Shown piece after piece: positions 52,746 through 63,027 of a DNA stretch of 64,000 nucleotides. Under the pieces are notes generated by a model that saw only the letters and a list, made by a program, of their open reading frames with translations, had not been told where the DNA came from and ran no database searches. The stretch lies in NCBI GenBank assembly GCA_963828735.1, contig CAWHFW010000005.1:256001-320000 (forward strand). Direction: 5' to 3'. The translations under genes were made by a program, and so were the position numbers. Within the stretch, counting starts at the first letter, position 1. Each line of letters begins with the position of its first letter. The stretch is from an uncultured Gemmatimonadales bacterium (lineage in GTDB: Bacteria; Gemmatimonadota; Gemmatimonadetes; Gemmatimonadales; GWC2-71-9).

Positions 52746-54271
52746 GCGGATGTCGGGTGCGGGCGATCCTCGGGGGCATGCTGCTGGGCGCCGCCGCATG
52801 CGTCAGCGGCGCCGCGCCGAAGCCGGCGCCGCTCAATCCGGTCCGCTTCCTGCTCGTGAACGACGTGTACGTCGCCGACACCATGGCCGACGGCAGCGGC
52901 GGGCTGGCGCGCGTCGCCACCGTCCGCCAGCGCCTCGCCGACGAGGGGCCGATCGTCTTCGTGCTCGCGGGCGACGTCCTGAGTCCGAGCCTGTTGAGCA
53001 AATACTACTCCGGTCGCCAGATGGTCGAGGCGTTCAACGCCGCCAAGCTCGACTACGCCACCTTCGGGAATCACGAGTTCGAGCTGCCGCTCGATACGCT
53101 CGAGGCCCGAGTGGCCGAGTCCCACTTCAAGTGGATCTCCAGCAACTGCGGCAAGGCCGACGGCTCCCCGATCGCGAAGGTCCTGCCGTGGGACACGCTG
53201 CGGGTGTCGGGGCAGAAGGTCGGCCTGTTCGGCCTGACACTCATCGGCGCCTACCGGAAGGCCTACCGCTGCACCGACCCGGACAGCGCGGCGCACCTCG
53301 TGATCGACACGCTGGTGGCGCAGGGTGCCGAGCTGGTGGTGGGGATCACCCACCAGACGATCGAAGCCGACCGCAGCCTGCTGTCGCGCGAGTCGCGCCT
53401 GGATCTCATCCTGGGCGGGCATGAACACGAGTGGCACGACTCGGTGGTCTCCGGCCGTCACGTCGTCAAGGCCGACGCGAATTCCCGGACCGCCCAGTTC
53501 GTCACCCTCTGGGGCGGGAAGGGCGCATGGCGACAGGCAGTCGGACTGGTGAAGATGGACAACCGCCTGCCGGACGACACGACCGTGGCGGAGATCGTGG
53601 ACCGGTGGGACGACAGCCTGCGTGCACGGCTCGGCCCTGAGCGGGTGATCGCCGGGACGTCGGTGCCGATCGACGCCCGAGACGAGATCGGTCGCCAGCA
53701 GGAGTCGGTGCTCGGCGACCTGGTGACCGATGCGATGCGCGCGGGCACCGGCGCGGACGTGGCCGTGCTCAACGCGGGGACGCTCCGCCTGGACGACGTG
53801 ATCCGACCGGGCCCGCTCAGCAACTACCAGCTCGAGTCCATCTTCCTTTTCCCCGACGAGACTCGCGTGCTGACCGTTCCCCTCACCGGAGCGCGGCTCC
53901 GGGAACTGCTGGAGCATGGCGTGGCGGAGGGGTCGCTCGGCAAGGGCGCATTCCTGCAGGTCTCGGGTCTGGCGTTTGCGTTCGACCCGAGCGCGCAGTC
54001 GGGCCGGCGTGTGGTGGGTGAGGTCCGACGGCCGGCTGGGGGGATCATCAAGCCCGGTGACACCATCCGGGTGGCGATCCCGGTCTATCCCGCGTGTGAG
54101 GGGGGCGACGGGTACCAGGTTCCAGAGGCCGCGGGAGCGTGTGCGAGCCGGGACTCGGCTCCGCGTGCCGCGGATCTGCTCATGAAATACGTCGGGGATT
54201 CTCTGCGCGGCGTCGTTGTCGCACCGGATACCGGGCGGATCTCGCGGACCAAAAACACAAATCCCGGCTGA
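52742..54271 (+). CDS. 5'-nucleotidase/UDP-sugar hydrolase family lipoprotein
   Basis: Lipobox AAAC; NDVY, AGD.LSPS, GNHEF, GGHEH motifs; GTGA overlap with the HD gene. Confidence 0.88.
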   Translation: MSGCRVRAILGGMLLGAAACVSGAAPKPAPLNPVRFLLVNDVYVADTMADGSGGLARVATVRQRLADEGPIVFVLAGDVLSPSLLSKYYSGRQMVEAFNAAKLDYATFGNHEFELPLDTLEARVAESHFKWISSNCGKADGSPIAKVLPWDTLRVSGQKVGLFGLTLIGAYRKAYRCTDPDSAAHLVIDTLVAQGAELVVGITHQTIEADRSLLSRESRLDLILGGHEHEWHDSVVSGRHVVKADANSRTAQFVTLWGGKGAWRQAVGLVKMDNRLPDDTTVAEIVDRWDDSLRARLGPERVIAGTSVPIDARDEIGRQQESVLGDLVTDAMRAGTGADVAVLNAGTLRLDDVIRPGPLSNYQLESIFLFPDETRVLTVPLTGARLRELLEHGVAEGSLGKGAFLQVSGLAFAFDPSAQSGRRVVGEVRRPAGGIIKPGDTIRVAIPVYPACEGGDGYQVPEAAGACASRDSAPRAADLLMKYVGDSLRGVVVAPDTGRISRTKNTNPG

Positions 54272-54398
54272 CATCGCCGGGACCGGTGGCCTTAGCGGTT
54301 TTTGGTCACCCAGGCCGCAAAGCCGAAATCCCCTGGGGCCCCGAAGGGCTATGCTTCTGTTGTCTGCGTAGTAGAGTAGTCGGGTCGCGCCACCGGTG

Positions 54399-54411
54399 CA
54401 AGTCGTTGTTA
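54399..54411 (-). promoter_or_regulatory. Possible IHF-binding site upstream of the diguanylate cyclase
   Basis: TAACAACGACTTG, one mismatch to WATCAANNNNTTR. Confidence 0.3.
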
Positions 54412-54538
54412 CACAGCGTTACGGATGCTCTTTCGCCTCCTCGGCACCCCGTCGGCACGGGGGGGCCGGCGCTTGCGGGGGCCAAGGCGCCAAGGCCGTC
54501 CCGCTCCCCACAACTCCTGTCCGCGGGTATACTTGGGC

Positions 54539-55873
54539 ATGGCTTCAACGCCGCCAACCGCTCTCGCCACGCTTCCCAGTGCCTTCGCCGCCGCCTGCCG
54601 CCTCTCGCGTACCGAGGGAGAGCTGTTCGAGCGTTGCCGGGTGGCCCTGGTGCGCCGTTTTCAGAGCGAGTTGATCTGGCTGTCCCTGGTTTCCCCCACG
54701 GAGCACATGCCGCGGGTTGGCCCGGCCAAGGGCTTCGAGGACGCCCAGGAAGTCGCCCGTCTGAGCAGCGGGGAGACCGAGGTCCTGATCCACGCGGATC
54801 CGGGGGTGGCGGGAGAGATGCGGGCGGTCGCCATGCCGCTGGCACTCGGCCTCAGCGTCGTCCTCGAGCTTCGGAGCATTCTGCTCGAGCGGCAGGCCGC
54901 CCTCGATGACGCGGTCTTCCAGCTTCGCGCGCTCCGTCAGGTGGCGCGGCTCCTGTCGTCCGTCCACTCGATCGAGGATACCGAGCAGCTCATCCTCGAT
55001 TTCATGGCCGAGGTCTTCTTCGCCTGGTGGGCCTGTCTCTACCGTCCCGAGGGCGACGCCTACGCCCCCAAGGTCTTCCGCTCGCTCAATGACCGCCTGC
55101 GGCCCGCCCCGATGGACCGGGCCGCGCTGGACCGCGCGCTTCCACCCGGCAGCGCGGCGACGGGCGCCGACGACGTGGCGGTGGCCTCATTGCTCGGGCC
55201 GGGAGCGGAGCTGGTGGTACCGCTGGACGCGGGCGCGGAGCGGATGGCGGTACTGGTCCTCGGCTCCCGGATCAGCGACAAGCTCTACGGCCGCGCGGAG
55301 CTCGAGCTGGCCGGTACGCTCTCCTTCGCCGCGGCGATCGCGCTCAAGAACTCGGAGCTCGTCGAGCAGCTCCACAGCGCCGCGACCACCGACGAGCTGA
55401 CGGGGCTCTACAACCGGCGCGCGCTCGAGGAACGACTCGCGGCCGAAATTTCGCGCAGCCTCCGGCACCAGCTGCACACCAGCGTGCTGCTGCTCGACCT
55501 GGATCGCTTCAAGGTCATCAACGATACGATGGGCCACGCGGCGGGCGATCGGCTGCTCATCCTGGTGGCCAAGATCCTGCGGCAGCAATGCCGCGCGCTC
55601 GACGTCGTGGGCCGGCTGGGCGGCGACGAGTTCCTGGTCATTCTCCCGATGACCAAGCCGAGTGAGGCGCAGGTATTCGTCGGCCGCGTGCAGGCGAGCC
55701 TCCGTGACATGGAAAAGGGCAATCCGGAGTTCGGGTCCTGCACGCTCAGCATGGGCGTCGCCGAGTCGCCCCGGCATGGAACCACGGTGAGCAGCCTGCT
55801 CGCGGCCGCTGACAGCGCGCTCTACAAGGCCAAACGCGGCGGTCGGAATACCGTTGAGGTTGCGGACGACTAG
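54539..55873 (+). CDS. GAF-GGDEF diguanylate cyclase
   Basis: TDELTGLYNRR, DLDRFK.INDT.GH..GD, RALD I-site, intact GGDEF. Confidence 0.92.
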   Translation: MASTPPTALATLPSAFAAACRLSRTEGELFERCRVALVRRFQSELIWLSLVSPTEHMPRVGPAKGFEDAQEVARLSSGETEVLIHADPGVAGEMRAVAMPLALGLSVVLELRSILLERQAALDDAVFQLRALRQVARLLSSVHSIEDTEQLILDFMAEVFFAWWACLYRPEGDAYAPKVFRSLNDRLRPAPMDRAALDRALPPGSAATGADDVAVASLLGPGAELVVPLDAGAERMAVLVLGSRISDKLYGRAELELAGTLSFAAAIALKNSELVEQLHSAATTDELTGLYNRRALEERLAAEISRSLRHQLHTSVLLLDLDRFKVINDTMGHAAGDRLLILVAKILRQQCRALDVVGRLGGDEFLVILPMTKPSEAQVFVGRVQASLRDMEKGNPEFGSCTLSMGVAESPRHGTTVSSLLAAADSALYKAKRGGRNTVEVADD

Positions 55874-55878
55874 CCGCG

Positions 55879-56424
55879 ATGCCCCTCGAAGCGTTCATCG
55901 TCCTCGGCGACGCTCTCTGGCTGGACTTCGTCAACACCGCCCGCGGCCGCACGGCCTTCCCTCCCGATCAACTCCCCGATCCTGACGCCTACGCCGCGTG
56001 GTGTGCCCGCCAGCAGGTGGCTGGCGCTGGCGGGGCAATCCCTTTCCCCCGAGTGCTCGCGTTCCGGGACCGGCTGAGCGAGCTGGCGGAGGCGCTGGCG
56101 GACCGGCGCCAGGTGCCCGGCGCCGCGATCGCAGCACTCAACGATCTCCTGGGCCGGAGCCCTGGCATCCAGCGGCTGACGCGGGTTCGCGGCGAGTGGC
56201 GGCTCCGCTTCGCGCCGGTCCGCGCGCCCGAGGCGCTGGAGGCGATCGCCCGCTCGGCGGCGGCGACGCTGGTCGACACGCGGCTCGCCGTCCGCCGTTG
56301 CGCGGCCGAGGGCTGCTCCCTGCTGTTCGCCGACAACTCGCCCACCGGTGTCCGGCGCTGGTGCGATCCCGCCACGTGCGGCCTCAACGGCCGAGTCGAG
56401 CGACGCCGCGGGCTCCGCCGATGA
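55879..56424 (+). CDS. ABATE/CGNR zinc-finger protein
   Basis: LDFVNT N-terminus; C....C...F.D.S....RRWC....CG motif. Confidence 0.85.
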   Translation: MPLEAFIVLGDALWLDFVNTARGRTAFPPDQLPDPDAYAAWCARQQVAGAGGAIPFPRVLAFRDRLSELAEALADRRQVPGAAIAALNDLLGRSPGIQRLTRVRGEWRLRFAPVRAPEALEAIARSAAATLVDTRLAVRRCAAEGCSLLFADNSPTGVRRWCDPATCGLNGRVERRRGLRR

Positions 56425-58175
56425 CCACGCCGAATCCGGTCGCTTCGTTCGACCGCACCCGCGCGGCGTTGGGCGACCGCTACCGGCTCGAGCGCATCGC
56501 GGCCGCCAACGCGGACCGGGTGCTGTTCGAAGCGTACGATGAGACGCTCAAGCGGCGCGTGAGCGTCCGGATCAACTTCTTCCGTGACGGCGCCATCCGC
56601 GCCTGGTTCCTCCGGGAGGCGGAGGCGCTCGGGCAGCTCGACCATCCCGCCATCCGGCACGTCTACGACGCGGGCGTCGTGGGCGATCTGGCGTACCGCA
56701 TCGGGAATTGGATCGAGGGGGAGGGCCTGGCCGATGCCGTGCATCGGGGACCGCGCATCATCCCCGCGGTCCTGTCTCTCGCGCGCGATCTGCTCGGCGC
56801 GCTCGATCACGCCCACCTCCAGGGCATCATCGTGCGCCGGATCTCTCCGGCCTCGGTCCTCGTCAGCGCGAGCGGTCGCGGGACCGTGACCGACCTTCGC
56901 TGGAGCAGCTACACGCTGCCGGCCATTCCGGCCGGCACCGCCCCCAGCATGCTGATGTTCATGGCCCCGGAGGTGCGCGGCGGCGCGGTGGGCGATCCCG
57001 CCTGCGACGTGTATACCGCCGGGGCGCTGCTCTACTTCGCGGTCACCGGCCAGGAGCCCCCGCTCGACGTGCGGCAGCTCCGGCGGCCCACCGAGCTCCG
57101 CCCGACGTGCCCCCGGGCCATCGAGCGCATCGTGATGCGCGCGCTCAAGCTCGCCCCGGATGATCGGTACCTGACGGCGGCGGAAATGCTGGAGGATCTG
57201 GCGTCGGACGCCGGAACGTTCGAGACCCGCGCGGCGGCGGTGGTGCAAGGGCCGATCACCGACTCGGAGGAGAGCACGCGGGTCGAGAAGTGGCTCCGCC
57301 GCGCGCTGGGCGACGACTACGAGCTGCTGTCGCTCCTCGGGCGCGGCGGGTTCGGCAGCGTGTATCGGGTGCGGGATCTCCATCTGGAGCGCGAGGTGGC
57401 CCTCAAGGTCCTGCACCCGGCGCTCACACAGGATCCCGAGGTGATCGAGCGGTTCCGGCGCGAGGCGCAGCTCGCCGCGGGTCTGAGCCACCCGAACATC
57501 GTGAACATCTACGACATCGCGGGGCGCTTCGGCCTCATCTGGTACACGATGGAGCTGGTCAACGGGCCCAGCCTTGCGCAGCTCGTGGAGCGTGACGGCC
57601 CTCTCTCGCTGGAGCAGGTACTCCGGCTGCTTCGGGAGGCGCTCTCCGCTCTGGCCCACGCGCATGGCTCGGGGCTGGTCCATCGGGACATCAAGCCGGA
57701 GAACATCCTGATCGACCCGACCGGGAGCGTGCAGATCACCGACTTCGGCCTCGCCCTCGCGCTCCGAGGAAAGTTCGGCGGGGCCACCAGCCAGAGTGGG
57801 ACGCCGCAGTTTGCGAGCCCCGAGCAACTGCTGGGAGAGCGCGTGGATCAGCGCTCCGACCTCTACAGCCTGGCCGCCGTCGCCTACTACGCGTTGCTCG
57901 GCATGCCGCCGTTTCCGGGCGCGACCACCGAGCAAGTCCTGGCGCGACAGACGACTAACCAGTTTCCGGCCCCACGTGAGCAGCGCGACGACGTGAGCGA
58001 GGCGTTCGAGCGCGTGCTCGATCGCGCGCTGAGCGCGGACGTGGAGAGTCGCTTTCCATCGGCGGCAGAATTCCTGCAGGCGGTCAACCGGGCGTCGGAG
58101 CCGGGGCACCGGGAGCCCGTCGCGGACTGGGCGCGGGCCGCCGCGCGGTGGCTCAGAGGGTCGCCTCTTGACTAA
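56421..58175 (+). CDS. Tandem pseudokinase-Ser/Thr kinase protein
   Basis: Two Hanks-type domains; only the second has GRGGFG, VALK, HRDIKPEN and DFG; ATGA overlap with the CGNR gene. Confidence 0.88.
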   Translation: MTTPNPVASFDRTRAALGDRYRLERIAAANADRVLFEAYDETLKRRVSVRINFFRDGAIRAWFLREAEALGQLDHPAIRHVYDAGVVGDLAYRIGNWIEGEGLADAVHRGPRIIPAVLSLARDLLGALDHAHLQGIIVRRISPASVLVSASGRGTVTDLRWSSYTLPAIPAGTAPSMLMFMAPEVRGGAVGDPACDVYTAGALLYFAVTGQEPPLDVRQLRRPTELRPTCPRAIERIVMRALKLAPDDRYLTAAEMLEDLASDAGTFETRAAAVVQGPITDSEESTRVEKWLRRALGDDYELLSLLGRGGFGSVYRVRDLHLEREVALKVLHPALTQDPEVIERFRREAQLAAGLSHPNIVNIYDIAGRFGLIWYTMELVNGPSLAQLVERDGPLSLEQVLRLLREALSALAHAHGSGLVHRDIKPENILIDPTGSVQITDFGLALALRGKFGGATSQSGTPQFASPEQLLGERVDQRSDLYSLAAVAYYALLGMPPFPGATTEQVLARQTTNQFPAPREQRDDVSEAFERVLDRALSADVESRFPSAAEFLQAVNRASEPGHREPVADWARAAARWLRGSPLD

Positions 58176-58418
58176 ACGCAACCCCGCGACAGATTTATGC
58201 GCGCTTGGCCATGGCCAGGCCCGAACGGACCGCCGAAACAACACCCACCCTGGCGTTCGCGGCTAGGGTTTATCTCGTTCAAAATCAAGACTATAGCTGA
58301 CGAGCACGGCAGGTCGGCTACCCGCTTTGCATCACTCGGGATAGGCCCGAGCGTATGCAAACTCGGTGGACCACGCACGTGGTCCCCGACGCAGTCAAAC
58401 AAACATGGAGTAGGAGCA

Positions 58419-58631
58419 ATGGCTCGCACCCTAGGCACGGTGAAGTGGTTCAACGACGCGAAGGGCTTTGGTTTCATCACTCCGGAGAATGGGGACAAGG
58501 ACTGCTTTGTCCACCACACCGCCATCAAGGCAGAGGGCTTCCGCAGCCTTGCCGAGGGTGACCGGGTGGAGTTCGACATCGTGCAGGGTGCGAAGGGGCC
58601 TGCCGCTGAGAACGTGGTCAAGCTCAAGTAA
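58419..58631 (+). CDS. Cold-shock protein
   Basis: [15 protein letters not shown] and DCFVH motifs; AGGAG ribosome-binding site. Confidence 0.96.
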   Translation: MARTLGTVKWFNDAKGFGFITPENGDKDCFVHHTAIKAEGFRSLAEGDRVEFDIVQGAKGPAAENVVKLK

Positions 58632-58649
58632 GCACGATCGACTGTAACT

Positions 58650-58686
58650 CAACGGGCCGCTCGACAGAGCGGCCCGTTGTTGTTTC
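58650..58686 (+). terminator. Intrinsic terminator after the cold-shock gene
   Basis: CAACGGGCCGCTC-GACA-GAGCGGCCCGTTG-TTGTTT. Confidence 0.82.
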
Positions 58687-58749
58687 GGATGCCTCCATGG
58701 CGCCGGCGCCGGACCGTCAGCCGGTCGGGATCGGGCGCGTATTCCGGGG

Positions 58750-58968
58750 TCACTTGTGGCGATAGATCACCCGGCCGCGCGTCAAATCGTAGGGGGAGAG
58801 CACGACACTGACCCGGTCGCCTTCGAGCACCCGGATCTTGAACTTGCTCATCTTCCCGGCGGCGTACGCCAGGATCTCGTGACCGTTCTCGAGCATCACC
58901 CGGTAGTTCCGGTCGGGCAACACCTCGGTCACGACCCCTTCCATTTCGATCCCTTCTTCTTTGGCCAT
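58750..58968 (-). CDS. infA: Translation initiation factor IF-1
   Basis: [18 protein letters not shown]...[13 protein letters not shown], 72 aa. Confidence 0.96.
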   Translation of the reverse strand: MAKEEGIEMEGVVTEVLPDRNYRVMLENGHEILAYAAGKMSKFKIRVLEGDRVSVVLSPYDLTRGRVIYRHK

Positions 58969-59184
58969 CCAGGCTCTCCTATAACGAGACAGGCAATCGG
59001 CGCCGCGGCACCGGGCTCGGCAGCGCCGGGCTCGGGGGAGGAATCTTGCGCCGAGGGGGCCGGGAAGCAACTCGTCGGGGGGTGGCGAGAGGCGGTTGGG
59101 ACAGGAGCTGAATGGCCGCGGAGGCTGGGATGGGTGGGTGGCCATCCCCCCCTCGGGCGGAACCTGGCAGCTCGCTCTCGGACC

Positions 59185-60900
59185 CTACGCCGCCGCCTGG
59201 AGTTGCGAACGGATCTGCTCGATCTGGTCCTCGACGAGCTGGACCAGCTCGCCGATCAGGCCGGCATCGAACGTGAGCTTCGCGCCGGCGGTGCGGTACA
59301 TGTCCGGCAGGCTCCGGACCGCGCCCAAGGCGAGCGCCTCCCGGTAGTGAGCCACCGCTCCGGCGTGATCCTTCAGGCTGTTACGCCAGATCTGGAGCGC
59401 GCCGAGCTGGGCGATGCCGTACTCGATGTAGTAGAACGGATACATGAAGATGTGCAGCTGCCGATACCAGCGAGCGATCCGCTCGGTTTCCAGGCCCGTC
59501 CAGTCCACCCCCCGCTCGAACCGGCTGCGAATGCGGAGCCATTCGTCGTCACGCGCCGCGGCATCGCCGCCGTTCGGATCGGTGTAGATCCACGTCTGGA
59601 ACGCATCCACCGAGGCGATGTGCACCAGGCTGAGCAGCACATCCTCCAGATGCTCGAGCCACGCGCCGCGGTGATCCTGCGCCGAGAAGTAGCCGGTGGG
59701 CTGGGCCAGATGCGGCGAGGCGAGCAGCTCCATGGACATGGAGGCCAGCTCTGCGGCTTCCGATCCGGGGTGGCGCTGCCAGATGAGCGGCTGCCGATGC
59801 GAAGCGAACGCGTGGAACGCGTGCCCCGCCTCGTGGAGAAGCGTCATCACATCGTCGACCAGCCCGACCGCGTTCATGAAGATGAACGGGCGCCCGCGGA
59901 AGTGGAGCGTCTCGCAGTAGCCACCCGGCGCCTTGCCCTTCCGACTGTCGAGATCCAGCAGCCGCTCGTCGATCATAGTCTGAAACTGACCGCCAAGGAG
60001 CGGGTCCACCCGATCGAAGACATGGCGGGCCGTCTTCACGAACTGCTCGACCGTTTCGAACGGCCGGAGCGGCGTGGCGCGGTAGGGATCGACGGCCAGG
60101 TCCCACGGCCGTAGCACGTCAAGCCCGAGGCGGCGCCGCCGTTGATCGAGCACGCGCGCCACCGCCGGCGTGACCTTCTCCTCCACCGCCTCGTGGAAGC
60201 GCTCGACGTCGTCCGGCGTATAGTCGAATCGGAACTTGGCGGGAAACACGTAGTCTCGATAGTTGGCGAACCCCGCGTTGCGCGCCGCCTGCTGGCGGAG
60301 ATAGAACATCCGGTCGAACAGCCCGGCCAGTGCGCCGTGCTCCTCGATATATGGCTGGGTGGAGGCCCGGAACGCGCGCTCGCGCACCGCCCGGTCCGGG
60401 CTCTTGAGGAAGGGCTGCAGCTGTGGCAGCGGCCGCTCGACGCCGTCCCATTCGACCGTCATCGACCCCGTGATGCGCTGGTACCGGGCGCTCAGCTCTT
60501 CCAGCTCCGAGAAGAGCGGGACGTTCGCCTCGCGGAAGATGTCGATCGACGTCCGGAACCGGGCCAGCGTGGTGACGAGCTCGGGCGTGCTGTGCTCCAG
60601 GGCGACGAAGCGCCGCGCGAGCTCGACGCTCCGCTCCTCCATTTTCGGCAGGATCTCGGTGGAGAAGCGAAGGTGGTCCTTCTCCTTCTCGGCATCCGAG
60701 GTGTCGATGGTATACGCGATCATCGCGAGCGCGGCGGCCTCGGTGACGAGCTCTTCCAGTCGCGACCACGCGAGGAGCCAGGCGTCAACGGTCGAGGCGT
60801 CGAGCGGCCGCTCGACGAGATCATCGAAGTAGGGGACGACGTCGTCCCAGGTAGCTTTGGCGAAGGCCGTTGGAGAAGCTGGCAATACCGACGCGGTCAC
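59185..60900 (-). CDS. pepF: M3 family oligoendopeptidase F
   Basis: KGKAPGGYC, HEAGH, E.ASMSME, PFYYIEYG; GTG start with AGGAG. Confidence 0.88.
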   Translation of the reverse strand: MTASVLPASPTAFAKATWDDVVPYFDDLVERPLDASTVDAWLLAWSRLEELVTEAAALAMIAYTIDTSDAEKEKDHLRFSTEILPKMEERSVELARRFVALEHSTPELVTTLARFRTSIDIFREANVPLFSELEELSARYQRITGSMTVEWDGVERPLPQLQPFLKSPDRAVRERAFRASTQPYIEEHGALAGLFDRMFYLRQQAARNAGFANYRDYVFPAKFRFDYTPDDVERFHEAVEEKVTPAVARVLDQRRRRLGLDVLRPWDLAVDPYRATPLRPFETVEQFVKTARHVFDRVDPLLGGQFQTMIDERLLDLDSRKGKAPGGYCETLHFRGRPFIFMNAVGLVDDVMTLLHEAGHAFHAFASHRQPLIWQRHPGSEAAELASMSMELLASPHLAQPTGYFSAQDHRGAWLEHLEDVLLSLVHIASVDAFQTWIYTDPNGGDAAARDDEWLRIRSRFERGVDWTGLETERIARWYRQLHIFMYPFYYIEYGIAQLGALQIWRNSLKDHAGAVAHYREALALGAVRSLPDMYRTAGAKLTFDAGLIGELVQLVEDQIEQIRSQLQAAA

Positions 60901-61049
60901 GAGCGCTCCTGCGGTGGGCGGTCGAAGTGGTGCCGAGATATAACCGTGATCGCGCGAAGGCCACAATAGTTGCATCCGGGACCGCGGGAGGCGGCGGAAC
61001 GGCCAGGCGAAGAGCCCGGAACGCTCACGTCGGCCCGAGCGCGCGCGGC

Positions 61050-63017
61050 TCAGGCACGCTCGCTGCGGTCGTACCGATAGTAGAGGTACGCGAGCGAGAG
61101 CGCCACGAGCGCCAACAGGAACACCGAGCCGACGCGATAGAGCGCATCGAGCGAGGAGAGGTCGAAGAAGACCACCTTGAAGACCGCGAGCCCCGCCACG
61201 GCCAAGCCCGCCACGCGTGCAGGCTGCAGCGAGAGGCGAAATCCGACCGTGACCAGCGTGGCCGCGTACAGGAGCCACCAGGCGCTGACCGCGAGACCCG
61301 ACGCAAGGCTCGCCGTCTCGGCAGTCAGACTGCGAAGCTCGAAGAAGCGCCTGAGCTCCCCCGTCACGCCGAAGAGCGCCATGGCCCCGGCGGCCACCCA
61401 GAGGCCCGAGCGGATCAGGCGGGTATCCTCTCGCCCACCTTCCACCCGCCAGAGCCGCGCGGCGAATGCGAACGTCACGGCCACAGTGCCCCACAGCGCG
61501 AGCGGCCACGGCCCGACGAAGGCCTGGTCGTCCGCACCCCTGATGCCCGCGGCGCCATCGAACAGCTGCTGCGCCGCCGCGATCAGCGTCAGGAGGCCGT
61601 ACCAGCGGCCGTCGGTTCGGTCGAGCCGCCGATCGAGGAGCGCCCAGAGCCCCGCGAGTGCCAGGAGAGCCCAGACTTGCGGCACGCCATCCCAGCGCTG
61701 CACGGCGGACACGCCCAGGGCCGTCGCACCCACCGCGGCGAAGGCGGGTCGGGGCCGCAGGTACCCGGCGGCCAGGTACGGAACCGCCACGATCGCCGGC
61801 GCCAGCCACGGCCGCGCGTCGAAGAAGTGCGCGTCCAGGCCGTGCACGGCCCACCCGAGCAGGATCGGCGTGACGAAGAAGTACAGCGCTTCGCCGGCGG
61901 ACCAGCCCGGGCCCGCACCGCGCGGCCCGAGATGGAGTGGGCTGACCTGGGGCCGGCGGAGCCCATGCCACCACACCGGCGCCGTGAGCACCAGTCCGGC
62001 GATCAGCACCGCCCAATGCTGCGGAATCCGCTGCCCGGCCACGGCGAGCAACGTCCACCCGCCGCCGAACGTCAGCAGTCGAGTCTCCCACCAGCGCTCG
62101 CGCAGCCCCACATACAGGCCGGCGCTCCCGCCCACCAGGCCATACAGGAGCACCCCCCAGGGGTGGGCGTGATCCGCCGCCCCGATCGTTCCGACGCCGA
62201 AATAGCTGGCGGCGACGACCAGGGCGGCGAGGCGCCATTGCCGCCGGGCAGCCACCATGCCGAGACCCGCGGCCATGCAGAACAGATAGAGCAGCAGCAG
62301 GTCGGCATTGGCCTGGTTCCGACCCAGCAGGATCGGAGCGAAGAACGCGCCGAGCGCGGCGGTGACGCCGAGCGCCTCGACGTTGATCGCGTAGGCGATC
62401 ATGGCCAGGGCGGCCGAGACCAGCGCGAGTCCTACGATTCCGGAGGTCGAGGGCAGGACACCGTAGAGCTCGGACGCGGCCCAGATGGACAGGTAGATGA
62501 TGCCGGCACCAGTCCCGATGAGAGCGGCGCCGTAGGTGCGGTAGCGGGACTCGAGCCGCCACCCGAGCGCGCCGATGGCGAGCCCGGTGACCACGCCACC
62601 CACGCAGCGCAGGACCGGGGAGATCCAGCCCCGGTCGAAGCTGAGCTTCAGCAGGTAGCCAGCGGCCAGCAGCAGCGCGACGACGCCGATGCCCAGGAAC
62701 ACCCGTTGGCCTATCCACCGCTCCGAGTCGAGCGAGGGCGTGCGGGCGCCTTTGCGACCGGGTGCCGGGCGAGCGATGGGCTGCGGACGAGGGGGGGCGG
62801 CGGGCCGCGGGGGCGGCAGTTCCGCGCGGGGCGGCGGCTCTACAGGGGGCGAGGCTCCCGGCGGTGGCGCCGCCGTATCAACGGAACGCGCCGCCGGCGG
62901 TGCGACGGACGCCTCGGGCGCTCGCGGCGTCCCGCTTCCAGCGGCGAGCTGCCGGATCAGGGTCTCGAGCACGGCGACCCGCTGTTCGAGGCGGTCGAGC
63001 CGGTCTTCGCTGCTCAG
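61050..63017 (-). CDS. DUF2339 family multi-pass membrane protein (probable CTG start)
   Basis: Coiled N-terminus SSEDRLDRLEQRVAVLE, Pro-rich linker, ERWIG, KVVFFDLSSL..LYRVGS. Confidence 0.8.
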   Translation of the reverse strand: MSSEDRLDRLEQRVAVLETLIRQLAAGSGTPRAPEASVAPPAARSVDTAAPPPGASPPVEPPPRAELPPPRPAAPPRPQPIARPAPGRKGARTPSLDSERWIGQRVFLGIGVVALLLAAGYLLKLSFDRGWISPVLRCVGGVVTGLAIGALGWRLESRYRTYGAALIGTGAGIIYLSIWAASELYGVLPSTSGIVGLALVSAALAMIAYAINVEALGVTAALGAFFAPILLGRNQANADLLLLYLFCMAAGLGMVAARRQWRLAALVVAASYFGVGTIGAADHAHPWGVLLYGLVGGSAGLYVGLRERWWETRLLTFGGGWTLLAVAGQRIPQHWAVLIAGLVLTAPVWWHGLRRPQVSPLHLGPRGAGPGWSAGEALYFFVTPILLGWAVHGLDAHFFDARPWLAPAIVAVPYLAAGYLRPRPAFAAVGATALGVSAVQRWDGVPQVWALLALAGLWALLDRRLDRTDGRWYGLLTLIAAAQQLFDGAAGIRGADDQAFVGPWPLALWGTVAVTFAFAARLWRVEGGREDTRLIRSGLWVAAGAMALFGVTGELRRFFELRSLTAETASLASGLAVSAWWLLYAATLVTVGFRLSLQPARVAGLAVAGLAVFKVVFFDLSSLDALYRVGSVFLLALVALSLAYLYYRYDRSERA

Positions 63018-63027
63018 AAGCGTTCCG

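Noticed and set aside
54462..54476. Sigma54 box upstream of the diguanylate cyclase
   Set aside because: GG-N10-GC spacing is present but the -24 element is a poor match in a G-rich run
59010..59150. Short direct repeat (CCGGGCTCGG) and G-runs upstream of infA
   Set aside because: Within chance expectation at this GC content; no supporting structure
59185..62718. 1177-aa ORF suggesting a large PepF fusion
   Set aside because: The upstream part is an off-frame read of the DUF2339 gene; PepF has its own GTG and RBS at 60900
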